From assembly GCA_964540795.1 (NCBI GenBank), contig CAZINX010000004.1, positions 2,041 to 66,040 of the forward strand: DNA of 64,000 nt. The letters are read 5' to 3'. The translations under genes were made by a program, and so were the position numbers. Shown one piece after another: positions 20,738 through 30,543 of this stretch (its first letter is position 1; each line of letters opens with the position of its first letter). This DNA comes from an uncultured Hyphomicrobiaceae bacterium. GTDB lineage: Bacteria; Pseudomonadota; Alphaproteobacteria; Rhizobiales; Rhodomicrobiaceae. The notes below the pieces were generated by a model. The model saw nothing but the letters and a program-made list of their open reading frames with translations, was not told the origin of the DNA and did no database searches.

Positions 20738-21673
20738 ATGAGCTGGAACCCCGCCCTTGACCCCGTCTGCCCGTCGGCTGAGGACCTCGACCGCATCGAA
20801 ACCATCATCGTCCCGCGCGCACGCGATCTCGGCGGGTTCGAGGTGCGCCGCGCGCTGCCCTCGCCGAAGCGGCAGATGGTGGGGCCGTTCATCTTTTTCG
20901 ACCAGATGGGGCCGGCGGACTTCCTGACCGGCAAGGGCATCGACGTCCGCCCGCATCCGCATATCGGGCTGGCGACGGTCACCTATCTCTATCGCGGCGA
21001 GTTCCAGCATCGCGACTCGCTCGGGACCGACCAGATGATCTACCCCGGCGAGGTCAACTGGATGATCGCGGGCCACGGCGTCACGCATTCCGAGCGCACC
21101 AGCGCCGAGACGCGCGCCCAGCCGCACAAGCTGTTCGGTATCCAGACCTGGGTGGCGCTGCCGGAAGACCATGAAGAGACCGGCGCGGCCTTCGAGCATC
21201 ACGGGAAAGAGGCGCTGCCCTACTTCGACGCCGAGGGCAAGAAGGTGCGGCTCATCATCGGCGAGGCGTATGGCGAGCGCGCGCCGGTCAAGACCTTCTC
21301 CGAAATGTTCTATGCCGATGCGGCGCTTGATCCGGGCGCGCTGCTCCCGCTGCCCGACAACCACGAGGATCGCGGCGTCTACGTCGTCGAAGGCTCGATC
21401 GAGGTTGGCGGCGATACCTTCGAAGCCGGCCGCATGATGGTGTTCCGCCCCGGCGATCCGATAAGCGTGAAGGCCGGGCCGCAGGGCGCGCGGCTGATCC
21501 TGCTGGGCGGGGAAACCTTGAACGGCCCGCGCTACATCTGGTGGAATTTTGTCGCCTCGTCGCAGGACAAGATCGAGCACGCCAAGCGCGCCTGGGCCGA
21601 GGGCGACTGGGCGTATGGCCGGTTTCAGCTGCCGCCGGGCGACAGGGGCGAATTCATCCCGCTACCCGAATGA
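20738..21673 (+). CDS. pirin family protein
   Basis: The start is ATG 20738 after GGAGAG. The cupin metal motif is RPHPHIGLATVTYL...GHGVTHSE. Confidence 0.9.
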   Translation: MSWNPALDPVCPSAEDLDRIETIIVPRARDLGGFEVRRALPSPKRQMVGPFIFFDQMGPADFLTGKGIDVRPHPHIGLATVTYLYRGEFQHRDSLGTDQMIYPGEVNWMIAGHGVTHSERTSAETRAQPHKLFGIQTWVALPEDHEETGAAFEHHGKEALPYFDAEGKKVRLIIGEAYGERAPVKTFSEMFYADAALDPGALLPLPDNHEDRGVYVVEGSIEVGGDTFEAGRMMVFRPGDPISVKAGPQGARLILLGGETLNGPRYIWWNFVASSQDKIEHAKRAWAEGDWAYGRFQLPPGDRGEFIPLPE

Positions 21674-21680
21674 GGACCGC

Positions 21681-22229
21681 ATGACGATCATTCAGCCCAA
21701 TGCGATGGTTCAGCGCGCCCGCGAGCACTGGCGCTATGACGGCAGCGCGCGCCCGCCATTCGCCGAAGAGCCGGGGCCGCGGCAGGAGTCCGTCTGGGAT
21801 TTCCCGCGCCCGCCGCGCATCGAACCGGCCAGCAAGCCGCTAAGCGTGATGCTGGGCGACACCGGGCTTGCCCGCACGACGCGCGGGATGCGCGTGCTGG
21901 AGACGGCTGGCGCGCCGACCTTCTACTTCCCGCCGGAAGACGTGAACACGCACCTGCTGCGCCGCACGGGCGACAGCTTCCATTGCGAGTGGAAAGGCAT
22001 TTCCGAGGAATTGGCGGCTGAGGGCGTCCAGCGCGCCGGCTGGGTGCTGATCCAGGCCTATCCCGAATTCGGCGGTCTGGTCGGCTGGTACGCGTTCTAC
22101 CCGCAAGAGTTGGCCTGTTATGTTGGCGACGAACGCGCTGCGAGCCAGCCCGGCGGCTATTACGGCGGCTGGGTGACCTCCGAGATCGCCGGGCCGATCA
22201 AGGGCGCGCTCGGCAGCGCAAGCTGGTGA
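21681..22229 (+). CDS. DUF427 domain protein
   Basis: ATG 21681 lies 7 nt after the pirin stop. Recognisable blocks are VLETAGAPTFYFPPEDV, CEWKGIS and GWYAFYP. Confidence 0.75.
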   Translation: MTIIQPNAMVQRAREHWRYDGSARPPFAEEPGPRQESVWDFPRPPRIEPASKPLSVMLGDTGLARTTRGMRVLETAGAPTFYFPPEDVNTHLLRRTGDSFHCEWKGISEELAAEGVQRAGWVLIQAYPEFGGLVGWYAFYPQELACYVGDERAASQPGGYYGGWVTSEIAGPIKGALGSASW

Positions 22230-22305
22230 GCGGGGCGCGGCGTCACAGAAGATACACGCCAGCCCGGCATAGTCGCGGCGATTCACATGCTAGGGAGAGC
22301 CGCGA

Positions 22306-22824
22306 TTGACCGGGATCTGGGACGCCGTGCTCGCTTTCGTGCGTGACCACGAGGCATATCTTTTGCCGATCGCATTTCTCATCTGCATGGCCGAGTCGGT
22401 GATCGTCGTCTCGCTGTTCGTGCCGAGCACGATCATCCTGCTCGCCTCCTCCACGCTGCTAGGCGCGAGCGGGGTCGGCGTCGCCACGCTGTGGATCGCC
22501 GCCGGGCTGGGCGCTGCCCTTGGCGACTGGGTGTCTTACGGGTTGGGGCGGTTCACTTACCGCCGGATGCGGCACCGCTGGCCGTTCTATCAGAATCGGC
22601 GCACGGTCGCGCGCGGGCGGCTGTTCTTCGCGCAGTGGGGGTGGGCGAGCCTGTTCCTCGCGCGATTCATGGGGCCGCTGCGCTCGTTTACGCCGCTGGT
22701 GGCGGGGATTTGCCGGATGCCGATGTTGCCCTTCGGGCTGGCGAGTCTGATGTCGGCTTTTGTCTGGGCGGCGGCCGTGCTGGCGCCGACGGGCATCGGC
22801 GCGGGCTTCCTGCTCGGAAGATGA
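22306..22824 (+). CDS. DedA/VTT-domain membrane protein
   Basis: 172 aa. The TTG start is preceded by GGGAGAG. It contains GDWVSYGLGR, FFAQWGWASLFLARF and GPLRSFTPLVAG. Confidence 0.85.
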   Translation: MTGIWDAVLAFVRDHEAYLLPIAFLICMAESVIVVSLFVPSTIILLASSTLLGASGVGVATLWIAAGLGAALGDWVSYGLGRFTYRRMRHRWPFYQNRRTVARGRLFFAQWGWASLFLARFMGPLRSFTPLVAGICRMPMLPFGLASLMSAFVWAAAVLAPTGIGAGFLLGR

Positions 22825-22825
22825 T

Positions 22826-22849
22826 GGGCGGGGCGCGACGACCCCGCCC
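22826..22849. terminator. GC hairpin between convergent dedA and the substrate-binding-protein gene
   Basis: GGGCGGGG-cgcgacga-CCCCGCCC forms a perfect 8-bp stem. There is no clear U-tract on either strand. Confidence 0.4.
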
Positions 22850-22856
22850 GGCAGTC

Positions 22857-24050
22857 CTACTCGATAAGCGCGACGTCGACGATCTCGCCGTCCTGGATTT
22901 CCCAGTGACCGATCGTGCCCGGCACGTCGCCGGCCTCATCAAAGTCCACGGAACCAGCCGCGCCCTCATAGTTGATGTCCTGACCGTCAGCCAGCAGCTG
23001 GACGGCCTTCTCCCACTCGCCCGGCAGGATCACCTCGCCCGGCGGGTTGGCGACATCGCGGAGATTGTCGCGGATCGCTTCGCGGTCGTTGGAGCCGGCC
23101 TTCTGCGCCGCCAGCGCGATCGCAAACGCCGCGTCATAGGCTGTGTCGTAGTACGGTTTGCCCGGCAGCTCGCCATATTCGGCGATATAGGCCTCGCGGA
23201 ACACGCGCCGGCCTTCCGAATCGGGCGCCTGCGGCACCGTGCCGAACGCGCCCTCAAGGATATCCGCGCCGATCCGTTCCACGATTTCCGGCGCCTTCAT
23301 GCCGTCCGTGAACACGAAGCGGTCGAAATAGCCTCCCTCAAGCGCCTGGCGCAGGATCACGCTGCCGCTTTCGGGATAGGCGATGAGCAGCAGCGCCTCA
23401 GCGTTGACGCCAGCGGCCCGTTGCAATTCGCCGCGATAGGACGACTGCCCCTGTTCAAAGGCGATGGGGGCCGTGACATTGCCCTCGAAAGCCTCGACGA
23501 AAGCGTCGGCCAGCCCCTGGCCATAGTCGTTGTTCACATACATGACCCCGACGTTGGTGAGCCCCTTTTCCTCGACCAGCTTCGCCAGCGCCACGCCCTG
23601 GAATGCGTCGGACGGCACCGAGCGGAACAGGAAGTCATTGTCCTCCAGCGTCGTGATCGTGGGCGAGGTCGAGGCGTTCGAGATCTGCGCCACGCCCTCG
23701 CGGCTGGTCACGGTCCTTGCGACCGGGATGGTCACGCCCGAGGAGAGCGCGCCGACGATGGCATCAACGCTGTCGACGTTAATGAGCTTCTGCGCAGCGT
23801 CAACGCCGGCCTGCGGCTGGGTCTGCGTGTCCGCGACAATGACCTCGATGTCTTCGCCGTTCACGCCGCCGGCCGCGTTGATCTGCTGGGCGGCGAACTG
23901 AATGCCGGTCAGGTCCGCCTCGCCGAACGCCTGCAGATCGCCGGTCATCGGCATCAGCGCGCCGATCTTGAGCGGCTCCGCCTGCGCCGGCGCCGCCATC
24001 GCCACGCCGACCGCCGCGGCGGCCAGCGCCTGGAAGATACGAGTCCTCAT
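22857..24050 (-). CDS. ABC transporter periplasmic substrate-binding protein (LivJ/K-like, branched-chain amino acid family)
   Basis: 397 aa. The signal peptide is MRTRIFQALAAAAVGVAMAAPAQA. It has type-I PBP features (GALMPMTGDLQAFG, NNDYGQG). Confidence 0.9.
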   Translation of the reverse strand: MRTRIFQALAAAAVGVAMAAPAQAEPLKIGALMPMTGDLQAFGEADLTGIQFAAQQINAAGGVNGEDIEVIVADTQTQPQAGVDAAQKLINVDSVDAIVGALSSGVTIPVARTVTSREGVAQISNASTSPTITTLEDNDFLFRSVPSDAFQGVALAKLVEEKGLTNVGVMYVNNDYGQGLADAFVEAFEGNVTAPIAFEQGQSSYRGELQRAAGVNAEALLLIAYPESGSVILRQALEGGYFDRFVFTDGMKAPEIVERIGADILEGAFGTVPQAPDSEGRRVFREAYIAEYGELPGKPYYDTAYDAAFAIALAAQKAGSNDREAIRDNLRDVANPPGEVILPGEWEKAVQLLADGQDINYEGAAGSVDFDEAGDVPGTIGHWEIQDGEIVDVALIE

Positions 24051-24344
24051 GCTTTCACCTCCCTTCGTGTGCCCCGCATGGGGCGAAACAGCGCGCGGAA
24101 GTTAGCACGACCGTTCAAATTGAGCCAGAAAGCTGCGTTTCAACCGCAGGAGTTTTCCGGGCGCCGCCGCCTCTCGGCGCGCGGGCGCATCTCACGCGCA
24201 AAGCGTTGCAATCCCGCGCCGATTGTTTCATGCATCCCGCGCGTCCTTGCGGGCATGGACATCAACCGAATTTTCATATTGAACGTTGCGGGGGCGCGCT
24301 GCCGCACAGAGTGATGGCGCATATGGCAGGCAGGGGCATTTCGC

Positions 24345-25109
24345 GTGATTGTCGTCGAGAACGTGTCAAAGTCATTCGGGGGGCTGAAGGCGGTGCGTGA
24401 CTGCTCGCTGGAGGTCGCGGACGGCTCCATCACCGGGCTGATCGGGCCGAACGGCGCGGGCAAGTCGACGCTGTTCGGGATCATCGCCGGCTTCATCCGC
24501 GCGGATTCCGGCCGCGTGCTGCTGGATGGGCGCGACATCACCGGCGTGACGCCGCACCGGCTGTTTCATCTCGGGCTGATCCGCACCTTTCAGATCCCGC
24601 ATGAATTCAGCCGCATGACCGTGCGCGAAAACCTGATGCTCGTGCCCGCCGCGCAGAAGGGCGAGAGCCTCGTGGCCTCGTGGCTGGGCTGGGGCGCTGT
24701 GCGCCGGCAGGAGGTCGAGATCGCCAACAAGGCGGATGAGGTGCTCGAATTCCTGCAGCTCTCCCACCTTGCTGACGAACTTGCCGGGCGGCTGTCGGGT
24801 GGGCAGAAGAAGCTGCTCGATCTCGGCCGCGCGATGATGACCGACGCAAAGGTCGTGCTGCTCGATGAGCCGGGCGCGGGCGTGAACCGGACCCTGCTGG
24901 CGCAGATCGTCGAGACGATCCGCCGGCTGAACCGGGAGCGCGGCTACACCTTCTGCCTGATCGAGCATGACATGGACATGATCGCGGAGCTTTGCGATCC
25001 GGTCATCTGCATGGCGCAGGGCGCCGTTCTGGCCCGGGGCACGATGGCGGAAATTCGTGCGAACGAGGCAGTGCGCGAAGCATATCTCGGCCATGCCGAG
25101 CCGGCATGA
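24345..25109 (+). CDS. ABC transporter ATP-binding protein (LivG-like)
   Basis: Walker A is GPNGAGKST, the signature is LSGGQKKLL, and Walker B is VVLLDEP. The start codon is GTG. Confidence 0.9.
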   Translation: MIVVENVSKSFGGLKAVRDCSLEVADGSITGLIGPNGAGKSTLFGIIAGFIRADSGRVLLDGRDITGVTPHRLFHLGLIRTFQIPHEFSRMTVRENLMLVPAAQKGESLVASWLGWGAVRRQEVEIANKADEVLEFLQLSHLADELAGRLSGGQKKLLDLGRAMMTDAKVVLLDEPGAGVNRTLLAQIVETIRRLNRERGYTFCLIEHDMDMIAELCDPVICMAQGAVLARGTMAEIRANEAVREAYLGHAEPA

Positions 25110-25127
25110 GGCAAATGGGGGGGCGGT

Positions 25128-25832
25128 GTGAGCCTGCTGGCGGCAAGCGACATCTACGGCGGCTATGGTGGCGTCGATATCCTCAACGGCGTCAGCTTGC
25201 GCGTCGAGCCGGGCGAGATCGTCACGATCGTCGGGCCGAACGGCGCGGGGAAATCCACCTTCATCAAGGCGCTGGCCGGTCTCGTGACCATCCGCGCGGG
25301 CGAAGTGCGCTTCGACGGGCAGGACATCACCCACATCGCGCCGGAAACCGCCGCGCGCATCGGCATCTCCTATGTCCCGCAGGAGCGCAACGTGTTCACC
25401 TCCATGAGCGTCATGGAGAATTTGGAGATGGGCGCATTCCTGCGCACGGACGACTACAGCGGCCAGCTTGAGAAGATCTTCACGCTGTTCCCCCGCCTGC
25501 GCGAGCGGCGCTCCCAGCCGGTCTGGCAGATGTCTGGCGGCGAGCGGCAGATGGTGGCGATGGGGCGCGCGCTGATGCTGGAGCCGAAGCTGCTGATCCT
25601 GGACGAGCCCACGGCGGGTCTGTCGCCGCTTTTCATGGATCAGGTCTTCGAGCAGGTGAAGGAGATCAACAGCCTTGGCATCGGCATCCTGATGGTCGAG
25701 CAGAACGCGAAACAGGCGCTGGCGGTTTCGGATCGCGGCTATGTGCTGGCGATGGGGCGCAACCGCTACGAGGACCGCGCCGACCGGATGTTGCAGAACA
25801 GGGAGATCGCCGAGATGTTTCTTGGCGGGTGA
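25128..25832 (+). CDS. ABC transporter ATP-binding protein (LivF-like)
   Basis: It contains GPNGAGKST, MSGGERQMV and LLILDEP. The start codon is GTG. Confidence 0.9.
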   Translation: MSLLAASDIYGGYGGVDILNGVSLRVEPGEIVTIVGPNGAGKSTFIKALAGLVTIRAGEVRFDGQDITHIAPETAARIGISYVPQERNVFTSMSVMENLEMGAFLRTDDYSGQLEKIFTLFPRLRERRSQPVWQMSGGERQMVAMGRALMLEPKLLILDEPTAGLSPLFMDQVFEQVKEINSLGIGILMVEQNAKQALAVSDRGYVLAMGRNRYEDRADRMLQNREIAEMFLGG

Positions 25833-25858
25833 GTTTGGCGGCAGAATAACGAGGGCGC

Positions 25859-26725
25859 ATGATCGGCGACATCATCCAGCTCCTGATCTACGGGATCGTC
25901 ACGGGCAGCATCCTCGCGCTCGGCGCGATCGGCGTCTCGCTCGTCTTCTCGATCCTGCGCTTCGCGCATTTCGCGCATGGCGACCTGATGACGGTCGGAG
26001 CGTATGCCGCGCTGGTGATCGTCGCGGGCGCGGGTATGCCGATCGTCGTGGCCGCGCCCTTCGCGATTCTCGTCGTCGCCGCCGTCGCCATCGCCACTGA
26101 GCTGACGGTCTACCGGCCGCTGCGCGCCAGCTCGCCGATCGTGCTGCTGATCTCGTCGTTCGGCATGGCGCTGATCCTGCGCAGCGCGGTCCAGCTCATC
26201 TGGGGTACCGGCAACGAGGTCTACTCGGCGGGCATCCAGCTTCCGATCCGCGTCGGGGACATCGCCATCAAGCCCGACCACCTCTGGATCATCGCGGGCA
26301 CGCTCGCGCTGATCGCCGCGCTGCATGTGTTCCTGCAATACACCAAATTCGGCAAGGCGATGCGGGCAATGGCGGACAATGTCGATCTCGCGCGCATCTC
26401 CGGCATTCCGACGAACCGGGTCATCCTGATCGCCTGGGTTATCGCGGGCGGTCTGGCGGCGATGGCCGGCATCTTCCTCGCGATGGACACGCGCCTGCAT
26501 CCGGTTATGGGCTGGCAATTGCTGCTGCCGGTGTTTGCAGCGGCGATCGTGGGCGGCATCGGCCGGCCCTACGGTGCAATGGCGGGCGGTCTTCTGATCG
26601 GCGTGGCGATGGAAATGTCCACGATGGTATTCAACCCGGCCTACAAGCAGGCGGTGGCCTTTGCGCTGATGGTTGCGACGCTCATCGTCCGCCCCACCGG
26701 GATCTTCCGCGGGAGTTCGCTATGA
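25859..26725 (+). CDS. branched-chain amino acid ABC permease (LivH-like)
   Basis: 288 aa and polytopic. It contains FAHGDLMTVGAY and GKAMRAMADN. Confidence 0.9.
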   Translation: MIGDIIQLLIYGIVTGSILALGAIGVSLVFSILRFAHFAHGDLMTVGAYAALVIVAGAGMPIVVAAPFAILVVAAVAIATELTVYRPLRASSPIVLLISSFGMALILRSAVQLIWGTGNEVYSAGIQLPIRVGDIAIKPDHLWIIAGTLALIAALHVFLQYTKFGKAMRAMADNVDLARISGIPTNRVILIAWVIAGGLAAMAGIFLAMDTRLHPVMGWQLLLPVFAAAIVGGIGRPYGAMAGGLLIGVAMEMSTMVFNPAYKQAVAFALMVATLIVRPTGIFRGSSL

Positions 26726-26756
26726 CCGATGCGCGCGCAGGCGGGGAGGACTGCTG

Positions 26757-27701
26757 ATGGAGCTAGCCGGCCTGCTGAGCTATTTCGTGTTCTTCGCCTC
26801 CTTCGCGTGCATCTACGCGATCATGGCGCTTGGCCTGAACATCCAGTGGGGGATGACCGGGCAGATCAATATCGGCATCGCCGGGTTCTACGCCGTCGGC
26901 GCCTATACCTCCGCGATCCTGACAACGCCGCCCAGCCCCGACCATCTCGGCGGCTTCGCACTGCCGGTGATCGCCGGTCTGATCGGTGCGGTGATTGTGA
27001 GCGCGGTGATTGCGCTGCTGATCGGCATGATTACCGTGAACCTGCGCTCCGACTATCTTGCCATCGCGACGATCGGGCTGGCCGAGATCATCCGTTTCCT
27101 CATCAAGAACGAGGAGCAGATCACGCATGGCGTCCGCGGCATCTCCGACATTCCACGCCCGTTGCTTGAGAGCGGGCCGCTTGCCGGGCCGGTGTTCCTG
27201 CTCATCGCCCTGATTGCCGTTGTGATCGCCTATTTCCTCGTGGAACGCGCGCGCGTCTCGCCCTGGGGCCGGGTGCTCCGCGCCATCCGCGACAACGAGG
27301 ACGCGGCGAAGGCGGCGGGCAAGAATGTGGTGAGCTTCCGGCTTCAGGCGTTCGTTGTCGGGTCCGCGCTGATGGGCTTCGCCGGCGGCCTTTACGCGCA
27401 TTTCTTCGGCTTTATTTCGCCAGAGGCATTCCAGCCGGTCTTCGGCACCTTCATCGTCTGGGCCATGCTGATTGTCGGCGGCAGCGGCAACAACAAGGGC
27501 GCGCTGCTGGGCACCGTGCTGGTCTGGCTGGTCTGGTCGGGGACCGAGATCGTCACGCGCGCCTTGCCGCCCGACATGGCCACGCAGGCGGGCGCTGCGC
27601 GTGTGCTCATGATCGGCGTTCTGCTCCAGATCGTGCTCCTGACCCGGCGGCAGGGGGTGCTGCCCGAGAAGCGGCCGAGGCCCATTCCGCGCGACCGCTG
27701 A
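26757..27701 (+). CDS. branched-chain amino acid ABC permease (LivM-like)
   Basis: The start is ATG 26757 (MELAGLLSYFVFF...). The sequence GLNIQWGMTGQINIGIAGFYAVGAY is present. The track ORF from 26673 is an upstream extension. Confidence 0.85.
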   Translation: MELAGLLSYFVFFASFACIYAIMALGLNIQWGMTGQINIGIAGFYAVGAYTSAILTTPPSPDHLGGFALPVIAGLIGAVIVSAVIALLIGMITVNLRSDYLAIATIGLAEIIRFLIKNEEQITHGVRGISDIPRPLLESGPLAGPVFLLIALIAVVIAYFLVERARVSPWGRVLRAIRDNEDAAKAAGKNVVSFRLQAFVVGSALMGFAGGLYAHFFGFISPEAFQPVFGTFIVWAMLIVGGSGNNKGALLGTVLVWLVWSGTEIVTRALPPDMATQAGAARVLMIGVLLQIVLLTRRQGVLPEKRPRPIPRDR

Positions 27702-27813
27702 GCCGGCAATACTGCACAAGACTTTTTAGCCGCGACGCGCAAAATGAATGCTCCGCACGGCGCGCTGTCCTAAACTCTGGCAGTGCGGAAGCTGACAAAG
27801 AGGAGGATCGCCC

Positions 27814-28236
27814 GTGTTCAAGACAATTGTTGTTCCAGTCGCGCTGTCGGAAGTCGAAAAAGCCCAGCCCATGCTTCACGCCGCGCGCCAACTCGGCGGC
27901 GAGGATTCGCGCATCATCCTGATGAGCGTTGTCGAGGACATTCCCACTTACGTCGCGGCCGAACTCCCGGGCGGCTTCCTGGATCGCGCCAGGCAGAACG
28001 CGCATTCGGCGCTCTCCAAGATCGCGGACGAGGCCGGGGTGCAGGCGGAGATCGTCGTTCGCAGCGGCCAGGCCTCCGCCGGCATCCTTGGCACGGCGAA
28101 GGAAAAGAACGCCGACGCCATCATCATCGCGTCGCATCAGCCGGGCTTTAGCGATTACCTGCTCGGCTCGACGGCGCATCGCGTCGTGCGGCACGCAAAA
28201 TGCTCCGTGCTGGTGCTGCGCTCGCCCGAGCGTTGA
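27814..28236 (+). CDS. universal stress protein (UspA family)
   Basis: 140 aa. The GTG start follows GAGGAGGA. The C-terminal motif is LLGSTAHRVVRHAKCSVLVLR. Confidence 0.85.
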   Translation: MFKTIVVPVALSEVEKAQPMLHAARQLGGEDSRIILMSVVEDIPTYVAAELPGGFLDRARQNAHSALSKIADEAGVQAEIVVRSGQASAGILGTAKEKNADAIIIASHQPGFSDYLLGSTAHRVVRHAKCSVLVLRSPER

Positions 28237-28262
28237 CGCCCGCCAACAGGAAAGGTCTGCGG

Positions 28263-28427
28263 ATGGACGCCCTTCAGAACATTATGATCCTGCTCATCGC
28301 CGGCACCGTGATCTGGATTTTCCTGAAGCTGAAAGAGCGGATCGAGTTTCTGGAGCATGAGGTGCGCTGGCTGCGGAGCGAGCTGGACGGTCTCAAAGGC
28401 GGATATCGCGGCGGAAACTACGAATAG
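28263..28427 (+). CDS. small membrane protein with C-terminal coiled coil (hypothetical)
   Basis: 54 aa, MDALQNIMILLIAGTVIWIFLKLKERIEFLEHEVRWLRSELDGLKGGYRGGNYE. GGAAAGG lies 7 nt before the ATG. GC3 is high. Confidence 0.5.
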   Translation: MDALQNIMILLIAGTVIWIFLKLKERIEFLEHEVRWLRSELDGLKGGYRGGNYE

Positions 28428-28514
28428 GCGTGTCCGGGAGCGGGCAGCGCGCTCCGTTGCCGGCACGGTTATCACGGGGCGCCGCCTGTTTCGGATCAAA
28501 CAGCGAGAACGTCA

Positions 28515-29357
28515 ATGTCGCTCCCCCTTGGCGGCGCTTACAACTTCCGCGGCCACGAAATCTGCTACGGCGTCATGGGGCCGGAGGGCGCGCCCGCGCT
28601 CGTCCTGCTGCACGGCACGCCGTTTTCCGTGCAGGAGTGGCGCCGCGTAGCGACTTGGCTGGCCCGGCATTTCCGCGTCCATTTTCACGACATGCTCGGC
28701 TATGGCGCGTCCGCGAAGGGCGATCTGCGCGATGTCTCGCTCGGCATCCAGAACGAAGTGTTCGCCGCGCTGCTCGATCATTGGGGGCTGGAGCGCCCGC
28801 ATGTCGTGGCGCATGACTTCGGCGGCGCGACGGCGCTGCGCGCGCATCTCCTGAACGGGCGCGATTATGCCTCGCTCACGCTGATCGACCCCGTGGCGAT
28901 CCGCCCCTGGGGCTCGCCCTTCGTCGCGCATGTCCGCCACCACGAGGCCGCCTTCGCCGGAATGCCAGCCTACATGCATGAGGCGCTGCTGGATGCTTAC
29001 TTGCGCACAGCGATTGCGCGCCCGATCTCGACGGAGGAGCTTGCGCCCTACAAAGCGCCGTGGCTGGGCGAGACCGGGCAGATCGCGTTTTACCGCCAGA
29101 TCGCGCATATGGACGTGAAATACACCGACGAGGTGGAGCCGCGCTATGGAGACCTGCGCTGCCCGGCGCAGGTGCTCTGGGGAACCGAGGATCAATGGAT
29201 TCCCATCGAGACTGGGCGGCGCTTCCACGCCATGCTGCCGGAATGCCGCTTCGTCGAGGTGCCGGGGGCGGGGCATCTGGTGCAGGAGGACGCGCCGGAA
29301 GCGATCATCGCCGCGCTCGCGGAATTTCCGCCGCTGGCTCCAACGATCCACGCGTGA
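28515..29357 (+). CDS. alpha/beta hydrolase (Asp-nucleophile, dehalogenase/epoxide-hydrolase-like subgroup)
   Basis: 280 aa. It has HGTPFS, the nucleophile elbow VVAHDFGG, and the C-terminal GAGHLVQEDAPE. Confidence 0.85.
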   Translation: MSLPLGGAYNFRGHEICYGVMGPEGAPALVLLHGTPFSVQEWRRVATWLARHFRVHFHDMLGYGASAKGDLRDVSLGIQNEVFAALLDHWGLERPHVVAHDFGGATALRAHLLNGRDYASLTLIDPVAIRPWGSPFVAHVRHHEAAFAGMPAYMHEALLDAYLRTAIARPISTEELAPYKAPWLGETGQIAFYRQIAHMDVKYTDEVEPRYGDLRCPAQVLWGTEDQWIPIETGRRFHAMLPECRFVEVPGAGHLVQEDAPEAIIAALAEFPPLAPTIHA

Positions 29358-29359
29358 GC

Positions 29360-30001
29360 CTATTCGATCAGCACGGGCGTCTCGCAGATATGCGCGTCGC
29401 TGCCGATCTGCTGAACAAGGAAGTCCGCCACGTTCGCCCGCGAAATCTTGCCGAGCTTCCATTCCCGCGCATCAGTCAGCACCTGGTAGCGGCCAGTGTG
29501 CGGCCCGTCGGTCAGGATACCGGGCCGCGCGATCGTCCAATCCAGACCGCTGCGGCGGATGATCCACTCCTGGATGTCCTTGTCGTCATAGGCGCGCTTC
29601 AGAAGCCCTTGCCGCCCTAACGCCTGGTACAGAAACCCGCCGCGCCCCGCGCTGTCGCCCGCGCCAAAGCCGGTGACGCAGATTAGCCGCCTGGCCCCGA
29701 CCTCCTTCATTGCGTCCACCAGAACGCGCGTGGCATCCGAGAAGAGCGTTACGGAGCCGATAACGTTTCGCGGGCTTAAGGAGATGCCGAGCGCCTGGAT
29801 CACGACGTCGTCCGGGCCGATCGCGGCGCGCACCGCATCGGGGTCCAGCGCGTCGCCGTCCACCTTTTCCAGATTGGGATGCTCATCCGGGATCGTCGAG
29901 GCAGTGCGGGCGAAGGCGCGCACCTGATAGCCGGCTTCCAGCGCGCGGCGCACGGTTGCCAGCCCGATCCCCTTGCTCGCGCCGAAAATGACGACTTTCA
30001 T
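29360..30001 (-). CDS. NAD(P)H-binding oxidoreductase (atypical SDR, NmrA/BVR-B-like)
   Basis: 213 aa. The Rossmann motif is MKVVIFGASKGIGLA. It is convergent with the hydrolase gene with a 2-nt gap. Confidence 0.85.
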   Translation of the reverse strand: MKVVIFGASKGIGLATVRRALEAGYQVRAFARTASTIPDEHPNLEKVDGDALDPDAVRAAIGPDDVVIQALGISLSPRNVIGSVTLFSDATRVLVDAMKEVGARRLICVTGFGAGDSAGRGGFLYQALGRQGLLKRAYDDKDIQEWIIRRSGLDWTIARPGILTDGPHTGRYQVLTDAREWKLGKISRANVADFLVQQIGSDAHICETPVLIE

Positions 30002-30018
30002 CCCATTGATCCTTTCGT

Positions 30019-30426
30019 TCAGGCGAGCGCTAAGACCATAACGCCGAGCAGCGCGACCATCTGCACAAGGTTGATGACAACGCTTGCCCGGTGAAGTGAT
30101 TCGAAGCGGTTGACGGCCGCCGCGCCCATGTCCCGCGCCGCGTTGATCCGCGGCATAAGCCAGAAGCGCGAGAGGACGAACAGCGCCGCCACTGCCGCCA
30201 GAATGACGCCCTCAAGCGTGCCGAGCGCCAGCACGGCCGCGAGCGCGCTCACGATCGCCAGAACGTCATAATATCGCGGGAACAGCCGCCGGATGAACGC
30301 GCCGGCCTCGTCCTCGGGGAAATGCGCGAACACCAGCGGCGCGACCACGGCGGCGAAGAACAACATCGCGCCGAGAACCCCGGCGGCGAGCAGTGCAGCA
30401 ATGTCGATGAGGGCAAAACTGTCCAT
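30019..30426 (-). CDS. DUF4149 (TMEM205-like) membrane protein
   Basis: 135 aa with four hydrophobic segments. It contains FFAAVVAPLVFAHFPEDEAGAFIRRLFPRYY. Confidence 0.7.
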   Translation of the reverse strand: MDSFALIDIAALLAAGVLGAMLFFAAVVAPLVFAHFPEDEAGAFIRRLFPRYYDVLAIVSALAAVLALGTLEGVILAAVAALFVLSRFWLMPRINAARDMGAAAVNRFESLHRASVVINLVQMVALLGVMVLALA

Positions 30427-30543
30427 CTCTTCCGCCTTTCTTGTGCGGCAGTATGAAGCGATTGGCGCAGGCAGACGTTAACAATCCGCGCATGGTGCGG
30501 CGCGTACCCTCTCTACGCATCGCACCTTAGACGGATTGGAGAC

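Noticed and set aside
26722-26757. A tiny ORF, MTDARAGGEDC, overlaps the livH stop and might have been the livM start or a leader peptide.
   Set aside because: It terminates at TGA 26755-26757, before the permease frame begins. The permease homology starts at ATG 26757 (MELAGLLSYF...).
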